19,504 bases of DNA from Candidatus Cloacimonadota bacterium (GTDB taxonomy: Bacteria > Cloacimonadota > Cloacimonadia > Cloacimonadales > WRIO01), in contig JAKQQL010000013.1 of NCBI GenBank assembly GCA_029564175.1, positions 1 through 19,504 on the forward strand, written 5' to 3'. The notes beneath the pieces are model-generated. The model was not told where the DNA came from and searched no databases. It saw only the letters and a program-made list of their open reading frames with translations. Position numbers and translations under genes: made by a program. Numbering within the stretch: position 1 is the stretch's first letter; each line of letters begins with the position of its first letter. Below, piece by piece: positions 8,425 through 17,116 of the stretch.

Positions 8425-9391
8425 TTCCATCCTCACTTTCAGTGTCTGATAAGTCTTCAGTATATTCTTCCCAGGTCATATCATTGTATTCAGGCAATTC
8501 AATGTCAAACAGCTCTTTTCTGACTAACTGGTTATTTTCTGGTAAATCAAATATTTCATTTTCACCAAACCAGAATAAGGCTTTATCAACTGCCTCCTGA
8601 AATTCCTTTTCAAAGTTTGAAGATTCAATATTGACTATACGGAAAGGTCTTGCATTTACGACATCAAGAATGGTAGGTTTTTCCTGAGATGCATCTAAAC
8701 AAAAAATCACATTAGGAACAGGCTGATAGGCAGTGAGTTGATTGATTGTTGATATGATGTCCGGCCCTTTAAAAGTCTTTACAACTTCTTGCATCATAAT
8801 CACAATCAACTTGGGTTTTGAAGAATCCAGTGCTGTTTTTAAAGTATCTAAGGAATCAAAGTATTGAGGACTCTCCAGGTGAGAGTTCAAATATTCTTTT
8901 TCTATCTGACATTCTGCATAATAAACAAGGATTTTATTATCATGTTCAATACTCTCAAAAGAAGGTATTTTAATTGACTGGGTGGTAGTCGATTGAAACA
9001 CTTCATCAATTATAGATAAAAGTTTTGAATCACTTTCTTCTTTTTGAACATAATAATAAAAATGAAAATTGGCCGATTTAACCCAGTCATTTACCCTGCC
9101 CGCACCACTGTAAACCACTACTTTTGAAATTGAGGATAATCTTCTTAACACTTCGCCTACGGTAGCACCATTGCCTTCAAAGTTATCTGATACTTTGCTC
9201 ATATCGATATCAAGAATGTACAAATGGTAATAATTTTTGTAGTAAGCATCAATTACATCCGACATTTTGTCAACCACTTCAATATTGTAGCCTGCTTCCT
9301 TAATTGCTTCATGTGCAATTTCAGCAGGATTACCGTCATGTTTATAGACTTCATCGTCTAAAAACAGAATTCTAAAATCTTTCTTTTCCAT
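8414..9391 (-). CDS. Response regulator: receiver domain, degenerate second receiver-like domain and acidic tail, with no HTH output, 325 aa
   Basis: RILFLDDE, LYILDIDM (phosphoacceptor D61), VVVYSG and YYVQKE. The second half KILVYY..KPKLIVI..PNVIFCL..VVNARPFRIV follows receiver topology without the Asp/Lys. SD AAGGAG at 9398-9403. Confidence 0.85.
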   Translation of the reverse strand: MEKKDFRILFLDDEVYKHDGNPAEIAHEAIKEAGYNIEVVDKMSDVIDAYYKNYYHLYILDIDMSKVSDNFEGNGATVGEVLRRLSSISKVVVYSGAGRVNDWVKSANFHFYYYVQKEESDSKLLSIIDEVFQSTTTQSIKIPSFESIEHDNKILVYYAECQIEKEYLNSHLESPQYFDSLDTLKTALDSSKPKLIVIMMQEVVKTFKGPDIISTINQLTAYQPVPNVIFCLDASQEKPTILDVVNARPFRIVNIESSNFEKEFQEAVDKALFWFGENEIFDLPENNQLVRKELFDIELPEYNDMTWEEYTEDLSDTESEDGNDR

Positions 9392-9394
9392 TTT

Positions 9395-10804
9395 TTACTC
9401 CTTACTCTCTTTAATAGTAAATGTTGTTGATTTATCTTTTACCTCAAAGCTTATATCTAATCTAATTAACTCACATGCTTTTTTTACCAGTGACAACCCC
9501 ATCCCAGTATTAATTTCTATACTTTTTTCTGAAGTATAGGGCTCAAACAATTTATTATTTCTAATTAAATCTTCTGGTATTCCACCAGCCTGATCTATCA
9601 CTCTTATCTCTTTTAGATGATTATTTATCTCAATCACAAGAGGTGGTTCAGGCAAAGAGATTTTATTTCTCTTATAAGCTTCTAAGCTGTTTTTAATCAG
9701 ATTTTCAAAAATAATTTTTACATATACATAATTACTTTCCCAAATGCAGTTTTGATTTTCATTAATGATGCTTATTTTTTGATAATTATCATCAGTGGCA
9801 CACAAATCCACAAGAAGTTCAAAGATGTTAACTGGTTCTGGTACTGGCACTTTTTCTCTGCTAATTTTAATAATGCCCTCAAAATCTTTAACAACTTTAA
9901 GTATTCTGGATATCGAATCTTTATCTTCAGGATTTTTATTTACTTTTTCAGTTAAAGATTTCAAGCTGGATATCTTTGCATTAATATCATGACTCATCAT
10001 ATGTAATTGTTTTTGAACAACTATCAGCTCTGACAATTGATTCTTTCTATTTTTTGCAAACAGATTTCGAGGAAACTCCTCTATACTTTTATTAACATAA
10101 TCTAACGCAACAAAATTGTCATCTCCATAAATATTAAGATATGATTTATAATCATTCGGACAATAGTAAATTAATTCTGAGAATAAATTAAAAACATTTG
10201 ATCTTGTGTTTTTATAATCATCTGTATTTTCAGTTATCTGAAGGTAAAAATCACCCAACATAAAGGCATTTACAATATTTTGGTTTAAATGTCCTTTTCT
10301 TTCAAAATTTGTCCTCTCTTTAAATATCTTTTGAATAATAACATCATAAAATATTTTCTCTTCCCGTTTTTCTGACAGAGTGAGAGAAGTAATAAATGGT
10401 TTAATAAAGTTATCAATCCAGGTGTTAGCCTCTTCTTTCTGCTGTTCATACTTGTTTTGATTTTCGGTATGTTTCATTAAACAGATTTCTAAAGAATATT
10501 CCAGGAGATCTTCAATGATGTTGTTTGCCCATTCTACAGTATCAGATGATTTGGCTAATTCTATATATTCTTTTAAATAAGATTCATATTCATTTAACAA
10601 TTCATTACTAGTCTCTTTTAAAAGCAGATTATAAATTGAAACCAATATACTATTGACATTTCTATATCGATTCTGGTCATCCTGTGCAGTGATTTTAAGA
10701 TATTCTCGATAGGATTCATAAGCATTTCTATAATCCTTTCTGCGGAAAAAGTCGTTGGCTTCGTTGCTTAACGCTTTAAGCGCTTTATCTGATATAATTC
10801 CCAT
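9395..10804 (-). CDS. Soluble sensor histidine kinase with N-terminal TPR-like helical region, 469 aa
   Basis: H-box MMSHDINAKISSL (H272), N-box IIFENLIKNSLEA, G1 VIDQAGGIP, F-box LFEPYTS and G2 TGMGLSLVK. TPR-like helices EANDFFRRKDYRNAYESYREYLKI and ALDYVNKSIEEFPRN. No transmembrane segment is evident. Confidence 0.9.
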   Translation of the reverse strand: MGIISDKALKALSNEANDFFRRKDYRNAYESYREYLKITAQDDQNRYRNVNSILVSIYNLLLKETSNELLNEYESYLKEYIELAKSSDTVEWANNIIEDLLEYSLEICLMKHTENQNKYEQQKEEANTWIDNFIKPFITSLTLSEKREEKIFYDVIIQKIFKERTNFERKGHLNQNIVNAFMLGDFYLQITENTDDYKNTRSNVFNLFSELIYYCPNDYKSYLNIYGDDNFVALDYVNKSIEEFPRNLFAKNRKNQLSELIVVQKQLHMMSHDINAKISSLKSLTEKVNKNPEDKDSISRILKVVKDFEGIIKISREKVPVPEPVNIFELLVDLCATDDNYQKISIINENQNCIWESNYVYVKIIFENLIKNSLEAYKRNKISLPEPPLVIEINNHLKEIRVIDQAGGIPEDLIRNNKLFEPYTSEKSIEINTGMGLSLVKKACELIRLDISFEVKDKSTTFTIKESKE

Positions 10805-13121
10805 TATTTTTTTTCCTTCCTTTTTTAATGAGGTAATTTTTTAGCGGATAGTAATTAAACTCATTTTTCAGTCTAATTGTCTGATTCGCAAAAATGTGAA
10901 TTTTTCTGAAATTACAGATTTGTTCTTCAATCTCATTCAGAATCATATCTAAATCTAAATCGGTGATAAAGAGTAATTCTGAATCCGGATTTTTTCTCAG
11001 GTAATCCTTCATCAGTTTCCCCAGCTGTGATGAAAAAGTTTTGAGATCATAAGTATGTGTTTTAATATTATTCTCTTTCATCTTTTGAATAACTAAATCA
11101 GGAGGTGTTTTTGAGAAGAAAACATTCTTATCAACATTAGAAAACCTGATGTTGGCTGATTTATAAATCTCATAATACTGGACAATATACTCTTTAGAAG
11201 ATTCCGTAAACTGAATCTGAAGGGTTCTTTTAGTGGCTTTTGTTGTATTGGTTGGATTAAATCTTTGGTAAGTGAGTTTTTGTCTGGCTTCAAAAATAGA
11301 TATTCTGGCTTCAGGATTATGAGTTATCAGATTGAGCAAGATATCTTTCATCTCATCATCAGTTTCTAATGAATGTATAAATCGTTCATAGTGAATCTTT
11401 TCAAACAGTTGTCCGGAATGATAGAGTTCTTGTATCTTCTGTTTATTAATCATTAACAACATGGTGATACCGGCATAATATGAAAAGCTCTTGTTCTCTA
11501 CCCATTTATTGTTTTGTTTTACTTCAGGGCAAATCATGTAGCGATTACCCAGCACATTTTGAAGCAGAGGATTTTCTAGAAAAGTCTCATTCTCCTGATT
11601 AAGCAATATCCAAAAGTCATTAATAAATGGATTTTTTAACTTATCAAACTGTATGGAATTGGGAGCTATTCCCAGTATTTTGTATTTTTTGCTTTGAAGC
11701 ATGATAAAAAATTCAACCATTTTCTTCAAATCTGTTTTCAGCGCTTTCATAAAATACTGAGAGATGTAATTTTGTGGAGATTGATAAGAAATCAGACTTT
11801 CATTTGCAGAAATCTCAATCAATTCAGGCAAGAAAGTGTAGTTTTGAATCAAATTTACACGACTCTTGTAAAAAAGAGAGTCCCTCAAACCACTTTCAAC
11901 ATTCCCTAATTGATTTGACATATTGACATTTGAGCACTGTCCAGACAAATCAAAGAATCTCTCTTTTCTGATTACATTGAAGGCAATAATATTTTTCTTA
12001 TATCTTTGTTCCCTGTCTATATCAGAGTTATTTGCAAACCAGGTGCCGGAAATAGGGATAAGATTCTGATCCGTTTCAATTCTATATTTGCATGGGTTAA
12101 AATTAACATTTTTATTTAAGCACAATTCTGAAACAAATTCCTGTAAACTCTGATAGCGATTATCCGGATTATCCTGTAATGCCTTCCTGAAAACATCCGG
12201 CCAGTGCTTTGCATTTGCTTTTAGTGTAATGTCCTCAAAGATATTCCAGTCATGAATCACTCTTTTATTCAAATCGAGAACAGGTCCCTTACCTGTGATT
12301 AGTTCAAAAGCTGACATTGCTAAGGCATATACATCAACTGCTGGAGATAAATACATTGACTGGTCTTCTGCGATCTCCGGGGCACTGTAGCCTGGTGTTG
12401 TTGTGATTTTATTATGTAATTGATCATTTACCATGATTGCAAAACTACCCATATCAATCAGAACAAGCTGTTTGTCATCTGTATAAATTGTATTGCTGGG
12501 TTTTAAATCACAATAATAAAAATGGAACTTCACACCTTGTGACTCATATATGGTATGAAAACGGGTTAAAATATTCGCAATGGTTTTAATGTAAAACTCA
12601 ACAAAGCCAATTCGATTGTTATTTAGAATATAATGCTCGGAAGTTAACGGACCACCTGTAAAATAGTTCACCACCAGATAAGGTTCTTCTTTGTAATAAT
12701 CATCTTCAATACAAAAAGTCTCATCTTTATCGGTAATATGCGGTCCAAATATTTCAGGATTAATGTCTGTAAACAAATCTAAAGGAACCGGAATACTTGG
12801 AATGCCTCTTGCCCAGCCATGTAACATTGCCGCATACTCTGTATTAATACTTTCTCTGATGGTTTCAATCGTATCCGTTCTGTCAGCATCATTGCGATTC
12901 TTAAACAGGATAGGCTTATAGATAGCTCGTTTTATTAAAACTTTTTTATCATATAGCTTTTTGTCTTTTGCAATTAGAATAATCCCTATTCCCCCGACAG
13001 CAAGTAAATCAATGACTTCATATCGGTCATTCTTTAAAAAACGGGGAATCTTGTAGTTTATGCCATTTTTATCAAAAACCAGCAATTCCCTGTTCAATCT
13101 ATTATTAAATTGTCTTTTCAT
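10785..13121 (-). CDS. Hanks-type Ser/Thr protein kinase with a second inactive kinase-like domain and a C-terminal alpha/beta (possibly NYN-like) domain, 778 aa
   Basis: First domain: RYEVIDLLAVGGIGII, VLIKRA, EY, YYCDLKPSN, LIDMGS, TPGYSAPE, DVYALAM, PDNRYQS. Second degenerate domain: ILGIAPNSI, INDFW, YMICPEV, SYYAG, NPEARIS. No TM or PASTA segments. Confidence 0.9.
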   Translation of the reverse strand: MKRQFNNRLNRELLVFDKNGINYKIPRFLKNDRYEVIDLLAVGGIGIILIAKDKKLYDKKVLIKRAIYKPILFKNRNDADRTDTIETIRESINTEYAAMLHGWARGIPSIPVPLDLFTDINPEIFGPHITDKDETFCIEDDYYKEEPYLVVNYFTGGPLTSEHYILNNNRIGFVEFYIKTIANILTRFHTIYESQGVKFHFYYCDLKPSNTIYTDDKQLVLIDMGSFAIMVNDQLHNKITTTPGYSAPEIAEDQSMYLSPAVDVYALAMSAFELITGKGPVLDLNKRVIHDWNIFEDITLKANAKHWPDVFRKALQDNPDNRYQSLQEFVSELCLNKNVNFNPCKYRIETDQNLIPISGTWFANNSDIDREQRYKKNIIAFNVIRKERFFDLSGQCSNVNMSNQLGNVESGLRDSLFYKSRVNLIQNYTFLPELIEISANESLISYQSPQNYISQYFMKALKTDLKKMVEFFIMLQSKKYKILGIAPNSIQFDKLKNPFINDFWILLNQENETFLENPLLQNVLGNRYMICPEVKQNNKWVENKSFSYYAGITMLLMINKQKIQELYHSGQLFEKIHYERFIHSLETDDEMKDILLNLITHNPEARISIFEARQKLTYQRFNPTNTTKATKRTLQIQFTESSKEYIVQYYEIYKSANIRFSNVDKNVFFSKTPPDLVIQKMKENNIKTHTYDLKTFSSQLGKLMKDYLRKNPDSELLFITDLDLDMILNEIEEQICNFRKIHIFANQTIRLKNEFNYYPLKNYLIKKGRKKNNGNYIR

Positions 13122-13123
13122 GA

Positions 13124-14125
13124 CTAATCCTTCACGATTTTTAGAGAGAATTCTCCCAAAACGATTTCTCCGTCCATCTTTAAAACCGCCTTATCCTCAG
13201 GAAAGACTTCCTGATTGTTGTAAATACATCTGTGAGAGCCAGTATTGTTCATAAACAAATAGTCCTCATTCTGCCAGATTTTCAGATGATTTCTTGATAT
13301 TCTGTCTAACTTATCTGAATATCGGGATAAATCAATATCAACTACTTTCATTGACAGGGATTTTCTTCCAACCAAAACAGGATGATGTTTAATAATCGGA
13401 AATTTATCTTTCTTTTGTCCCTGAAAATAAATCTCTATTGCACATTTTTCTTTTGTTATCGGCCAGTTTTTTCTTTCATCCTGTTCTATCTGTGCCTGTT
13501 TTGACTGAGGGGCTTGCTGATTGCTTACAGGTTGTTGAACAGGTTGGCTGCTAGTCATCTGTGTTTTTTTCTTTTCAGTCGAATGAACATAGACCGTATG
13601 TTTTTCATTTTTAGTGGTATAGGTTAATGTATAAAATCCTGCAGGCAGATTTTTAATTGTAATTTTATCTTGATTCACAGATAAACATGAATTATGTTGT
13701 GATTCAACAAAGCTGCAATCCTGTATTGAATTTACAGCAGTTATATCACAGGTATCATCTTCACAAAAATCAATACTGACAGGAGGCTTGTTAATAAGAA
13801 TCTTTTCCTGACTTAAAGGAACTTCAGTTTTAGTGGTTTTAATCTCTTCCTGAGGAATGACAGGTTTTACGGTTTCTGTTTTTTGAGATTCCTCTGATTC
13901 AACAATTTCAAAATCAATAATGTCTGAATATCCGGTTTCTTCAACTGTGTATTTAACTCTTCGGAATGCCTTTTTAATCGCATTTTTGTCAGGGGTAATA
14001 ATTAATTCATTTTTTTCTGATCTGATATCCAAATCACTGTCATAATCAATTTCCCAGGTGATTGTATCTAAATCATCGCTCTTAGCTTTGAAAACATTTT
14101 CCTGATTTATATAGATATATCTCAT
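13124..14125 (-). CDS. FHA-domain protein with N-terminal beta-rich (Ig-like?) modules and a Q/P-rich linker, 333 aa
   Basis: C-terminal FHA signature VLVGRK..DIDLS..RISRNHLKI..NTGS..IYNNQ..LKMDGEIVLG. Linker SSQPVQQPVSNQQAPQSKQAQ. SD GAGG upstream. Confidence 0.85.
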   Translation of the reverse strand: MRYIYINQENVFKAKSDDLDTITWEIDYDSDLDIRSEKNELIITPDKNAIKKAFRRVKYTVEETGYSDIIDFEIVESEESQKTETVKPVIPQEEIKTTKTEVPLSQEKILINKPPVSIDFCEDDTCDITAVNSIQDCSFVESQHNSCLSVNQDKITIKNLPAGFYTLTYTTKNEKHTVYVHSTEKKKTQMTSSQPVQQPVSNQQAPQSKQAQIEQDERKNWPITKEKCAIEIYFQGQKKDKFPIIKHHPVLVGRKSLSMKVVDIDLSRYSDKLDRISRNHLKIWQNEDYLFMNNTGSHRCIYNNQEVFPEDKAVLKMDGEIVLGEFSLKIVKD

Positions 14126-14143
14126 TTTTTAACCTCAACTTAG

Positions 14144-15463
14144 TTAGATAATCACTTGTTTATTTTTTTGTGAAGTTGTACTTTTAAAAGCCGATCTGAC
14201 TGATGACTTTGTGGAGCTATAGGATATTTTGTTGATATCTTCCATTGAAAGGGCATTATCTCTTACGATTTTGTTTTTTAATTTCCTGAACTCATTTGCT
14301 TTTTCATTATCACCAATTTGCTCTGCCAGATTTGCCATCGATTCAAGTCTTGCTGCTGCCTGAGTAAAGTTTTTCTCATTGACCAGTTTATTAAGTTCGG
14401 TTTCATGTATTAATATTTCAATATCCTTATAAGCAATATCAATAGAGCTTGAGATAATTAAATCGGATGCAGAATCAGAGAAATTAACAAAAATTGCCTG
14501 AGTTACAGATTCATTATCAATATTCTGGCTGGGGCAGGAATAAACGATTTGAGCTTCACCAATCTGCAAAGAGTGAGTATCAGGAGCATCCATTGTAAAA
14601 TCGAATAAAAATTCAACAAATCCCTGTTGTTCAATATCTCCTACAGACACCTGTACAACGGTTCCATTATTGTTTCTCTGAACAAATTTATCGAAGTTTT
14701 TCTGAGAAGGTAAGTGCATAAAAAAGTGTACATCCCTGATTTCCTTAAAAAAATGCAGATTAATAAATACTTTTTTAAGAAATACATTTGAAGAGCTTTT
14801 ATAAATATTAAGAAAAACCGTTGATGCCTGAGCCGGATCAGTCAGGTTTTCAGTCAAACTCCCTGAATAATCAGTAAATTGTTTCATAAAATTATAGTTA
14901 AATTCTTCACCAATACCCATTGAATCTGTAGTAATCCCCTGCTTAGCCATATCACTGCATATAGACAATGCATTTGCACTGTTTCCGCCATAGGCATTAC
15001 CATCTGTTAGAAATATCAATTTATGATTTTCATTCGCTCTGCTGTTACAAACAGATTTTGCCATTTGCATTGCTGCTTCAAAATTTGTTGCACCGTTGTC
15101 TTTCCTATATTCAACCAAGGCTTGAGTGATGGCTGAAGTTGCATTCCCTGGTAAATGATCTGCCCTCACAATTGCCTGAGAGTTAAAGGAGATAATACTG
15201 ATGGTATCTGTTGACTGAATATAACTCAGTAAAGAGCTCACCGCATCAATCACCGTTTTACTCTTTGAATTTCCACTATTGTAAAATGGATCTCTCATGG
15301 AGCCGCTACTGTCTAAGAGGAAAACAAGATTTATCTTCTCCCGTTTCTTTCTGTCTTTCTTTTCGCCTGCTAAAATTTGGATTCTGCCTTTAACCTGTTC
15401 ATCAATAGATTTCTTTAAAATTCTATCCTTATTCAATGATAATGATAATTGTAATTCATTCAT
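14144..15463 (-). CDS. von Willebrand factor A (vWA) domain protein with intact MIDAS, a beta-sandwich and a C-terminal helical region, 439 aa
   Basis: NLVFLLDSSGSM (DxSxS), ISIISFNS, GATNFEAAM (T), LIFLTDG (D) and MGIGEEFN. SD GAGGTG at 15468-15473. Confidence 0.92.
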   Translation of the reverse strand: MNELQLSLSLNKDRILKKSIDEQVKGRIQILAGEKKDRKKREKINLVFLLDSSGSMRDPFYNSGNSKSKTVIDAVSSLLSYIQSTDTISIISFNSQAIVRADHLPGNATSAITQALVEYRKDNGATNFEAAMQMAKSVCNSRANENHKLIFLTDGNAYGGNSANALSICSDMAKQGITTDSMGIGEEFNYNFMKQFTDYSGSLTENLTDPAQASTVFLNIYKSSSNVFLKKVFINLHFFKEIRDVHFFMHLPSQKNFDKFVQRNNNGTVVQVSVGDIEQQGFVEFLFDFTMDAPDTHSLQIGEAQIVYSCPSQNIDNESVTQAIFVNFSDSASDLIISSSIDIAYKDIEILIHETELNKLVNEKNFTQAAARLESMANLAEQIGDNEKANEFRKLKNKIVRDNALSMEDINKISYSSTKSSVRSAFKSTTSQKNKQVII

Positions 15464-15466
15464 TTT

Positions 15467-17116
15467 TCACCTCTGGTTATTTATTTTTTTAAACTCCTGA
15501 TTTTCTTTTTTCGCTTTCGTATTGGTCAGAATTAAGAGTGTCATATTATCAACACCTGCTTTTTCATCGGCCATACGGCAAATTTGTCTGGAGACTTCTT
15601 TTAGATTAAAATTATGCTTTTGCATCAATTCTTTGAACAGTTTTAAGAGTTCCCTCTCATTTTCAACTTCATCGTCTCCTGTCTTAATACTATCCATTAA
15701 TCCATCCGTACATACGAATAGATAGGAGTTCTCTTCAGGATAATAGTTGAAAAAGCTGATATCTTCATCTCTAATGATGCTACTAAATTGATAAGAGGAC
15801 TGATCATATTCAGACATTGGTATCACTTTGGTTAAATGTTTATCAGACGCATCTTCAGAAAATATTTTTCTGTCAGTCGTCTGAAAATAGTCTGCAATTC
15901 GTTCTTCCAGTACATTATGATCTTCATTGATTCTCATAATTTTATCACCTTTGACATAATAAACCTGAGAATCCCCCAGATAAGCAAACAAGACCCTGTT
16001 TTTATCAGTAAAGCCTAATATTAAGGTAGAGCACATAGGATGAACATCTGTTAATGGCTTATTCAGAACTCTCTTATTTAGATCTTCGATGCTTTCTTCA
16101 TTGATGTTCCTGATGATTTCTGTTAATTTCTTTTTACATTCATTAATCCATTCTTCGCTGTCAAAGAGAGTGATATTCAACATAAATTGCAGAATTTCAT
16201 CTTTTCTGTCTTCAATATAGTTCAATATCTTAATGGATGCTAATTTCCCGCTGCCGATATTAGCAGTCGATACTCCATCTGCAAGCATAAACAACATTGA
16301 CTGGCAATTTTCAGAGCGAACCAGTGTATAAGCATCTTCATTTTGAAGAGATTTTTTATTCCGGCCATGCTCAGTATGAAAAGCATATTCCCATACATTA
16401 TCAGTCACTTGCTTTTTTTCGCAAATAGATTTCTTTTTACTGTTAAAATAAAATGCTGCGATATCATAACATGATTGGAATTTTTTCAAATCGTAAGAAA
16501 TTTCATGAATCGCATATTTTTCTTCTGGTTTCAGTTTGAAAAAAGACATCATCACTTTGAAGACTTTTTTGATTGATATCAAGGCAGGAGAAGGCAAGTT
16601 TTGAATATCTGTTTTCAACAAGTACAGATAAAAGGCATTTTTAGTCAGCTCATGATTTAACATTTGCTGACTGATAAACATAGAATTCAACTTTGCACTC
16701 ATCAAATCATAATATTCATTTCTCACAGAATCAGGTATTTTCTTTTGGTCTGAAATGCAATAAGTATCCGCGTCTAACCAGTTAAAGAGGATTTTATTAT
16801 CGGATGAGATATAGAATTTATCATAAGGGATAACATACCAATACTTATTCAAAGCACTCATGTTATCTAAAAAACGGGCAAATGATATAACCATTTGTTC
16901 TCTTTCATTTCGATTAGTTGTTCTCATCAATTTTTGATGGAATAATTCAATTTCTGCATTTTCATCACTCACAAGCATATCTTCATCAAGCATGGATTGC
17001 TCAGAAAAATGACTGCAAACATACTTAATCAAAGCGTCAACATCTGTTAAAGGCTGTGTTTCATTTTTTAAAAATTCCTTTTTAATGGAATCAATAACAA
17101 ATTCTTTAAACTTCAT
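15467..17116 (-). CDS. PP2C/PPM-family Ser/Thr phosphatase with a roughly 240-aa uncharacterised N-terminal region, 549 aa
   Basis: TEHGRNK..QNEDAY, FMLADGVS, GKLAS, MCSTLI, AYLGDSQVY, INEDHN, LFVCTDGLMD and GVDNMTLLIL; the metal-binding Asp residues are present. SD AAGGAG at 17125-17130. Confidence 0.92.
   Translation of the reverse strand: MKFKEFVIDSIKKEFLKNETQPLTDVDALIKYVCSHFSEQSMLDEDMLVSDENAEIELFHQKLMRTTNRNEREQMVISFARFLDNMSALNKYWYVIPYDKFYISSDNKILFNWLDADTYCISDQKKIPDSVRNEYYDLMSAKLNSMFISQQMLNHELTKNAFYLYLLKTDIQNLPSPALISIKKVFKVMMSFFKLKPEEKYAIHEISYDLKKFQSCYDIAAFYFNSKKKSICEKKQVTDNVWEYAFHTEHGRNKKSLQNEDAYTLVRSENCQSMLFMLADGVSTANIGSGKLASIKILNYIEDRKDEILQFMLNITLFDSEEWINECKKKLTEIIRNINEESIEDLNKRVLNKPLTDVHPMCSTLILGFTDKNRVLFAYLGDSQVYYVKGDKIMRINEDHNVLEERIADYFQTTDRKIFSEDASDKHLTKVIPMSEYDQSSYQFSSIIRDEDISFFNYYPEENSYLFVCTDGLMDSIKTGDDEVENERELLKLFKELMQKHNFNLKEVSRQICRMADEKAGVDNMTLLILTNTKAKKENQEFKKINNQR

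Noticed and set aside
665..16018. Short 60-86 aa ORFs in the six-frame track (e.g. 665-877+, 983-1210-, 2720-2953+, 3627-3887+, 9752-9955+, 15297-15500+)
   Set aside because: Nearly all lie antisense to or out of frame within well-supported long genes (a few span a gene junction), and none has a recognisable motif. They are shadow ORFs.
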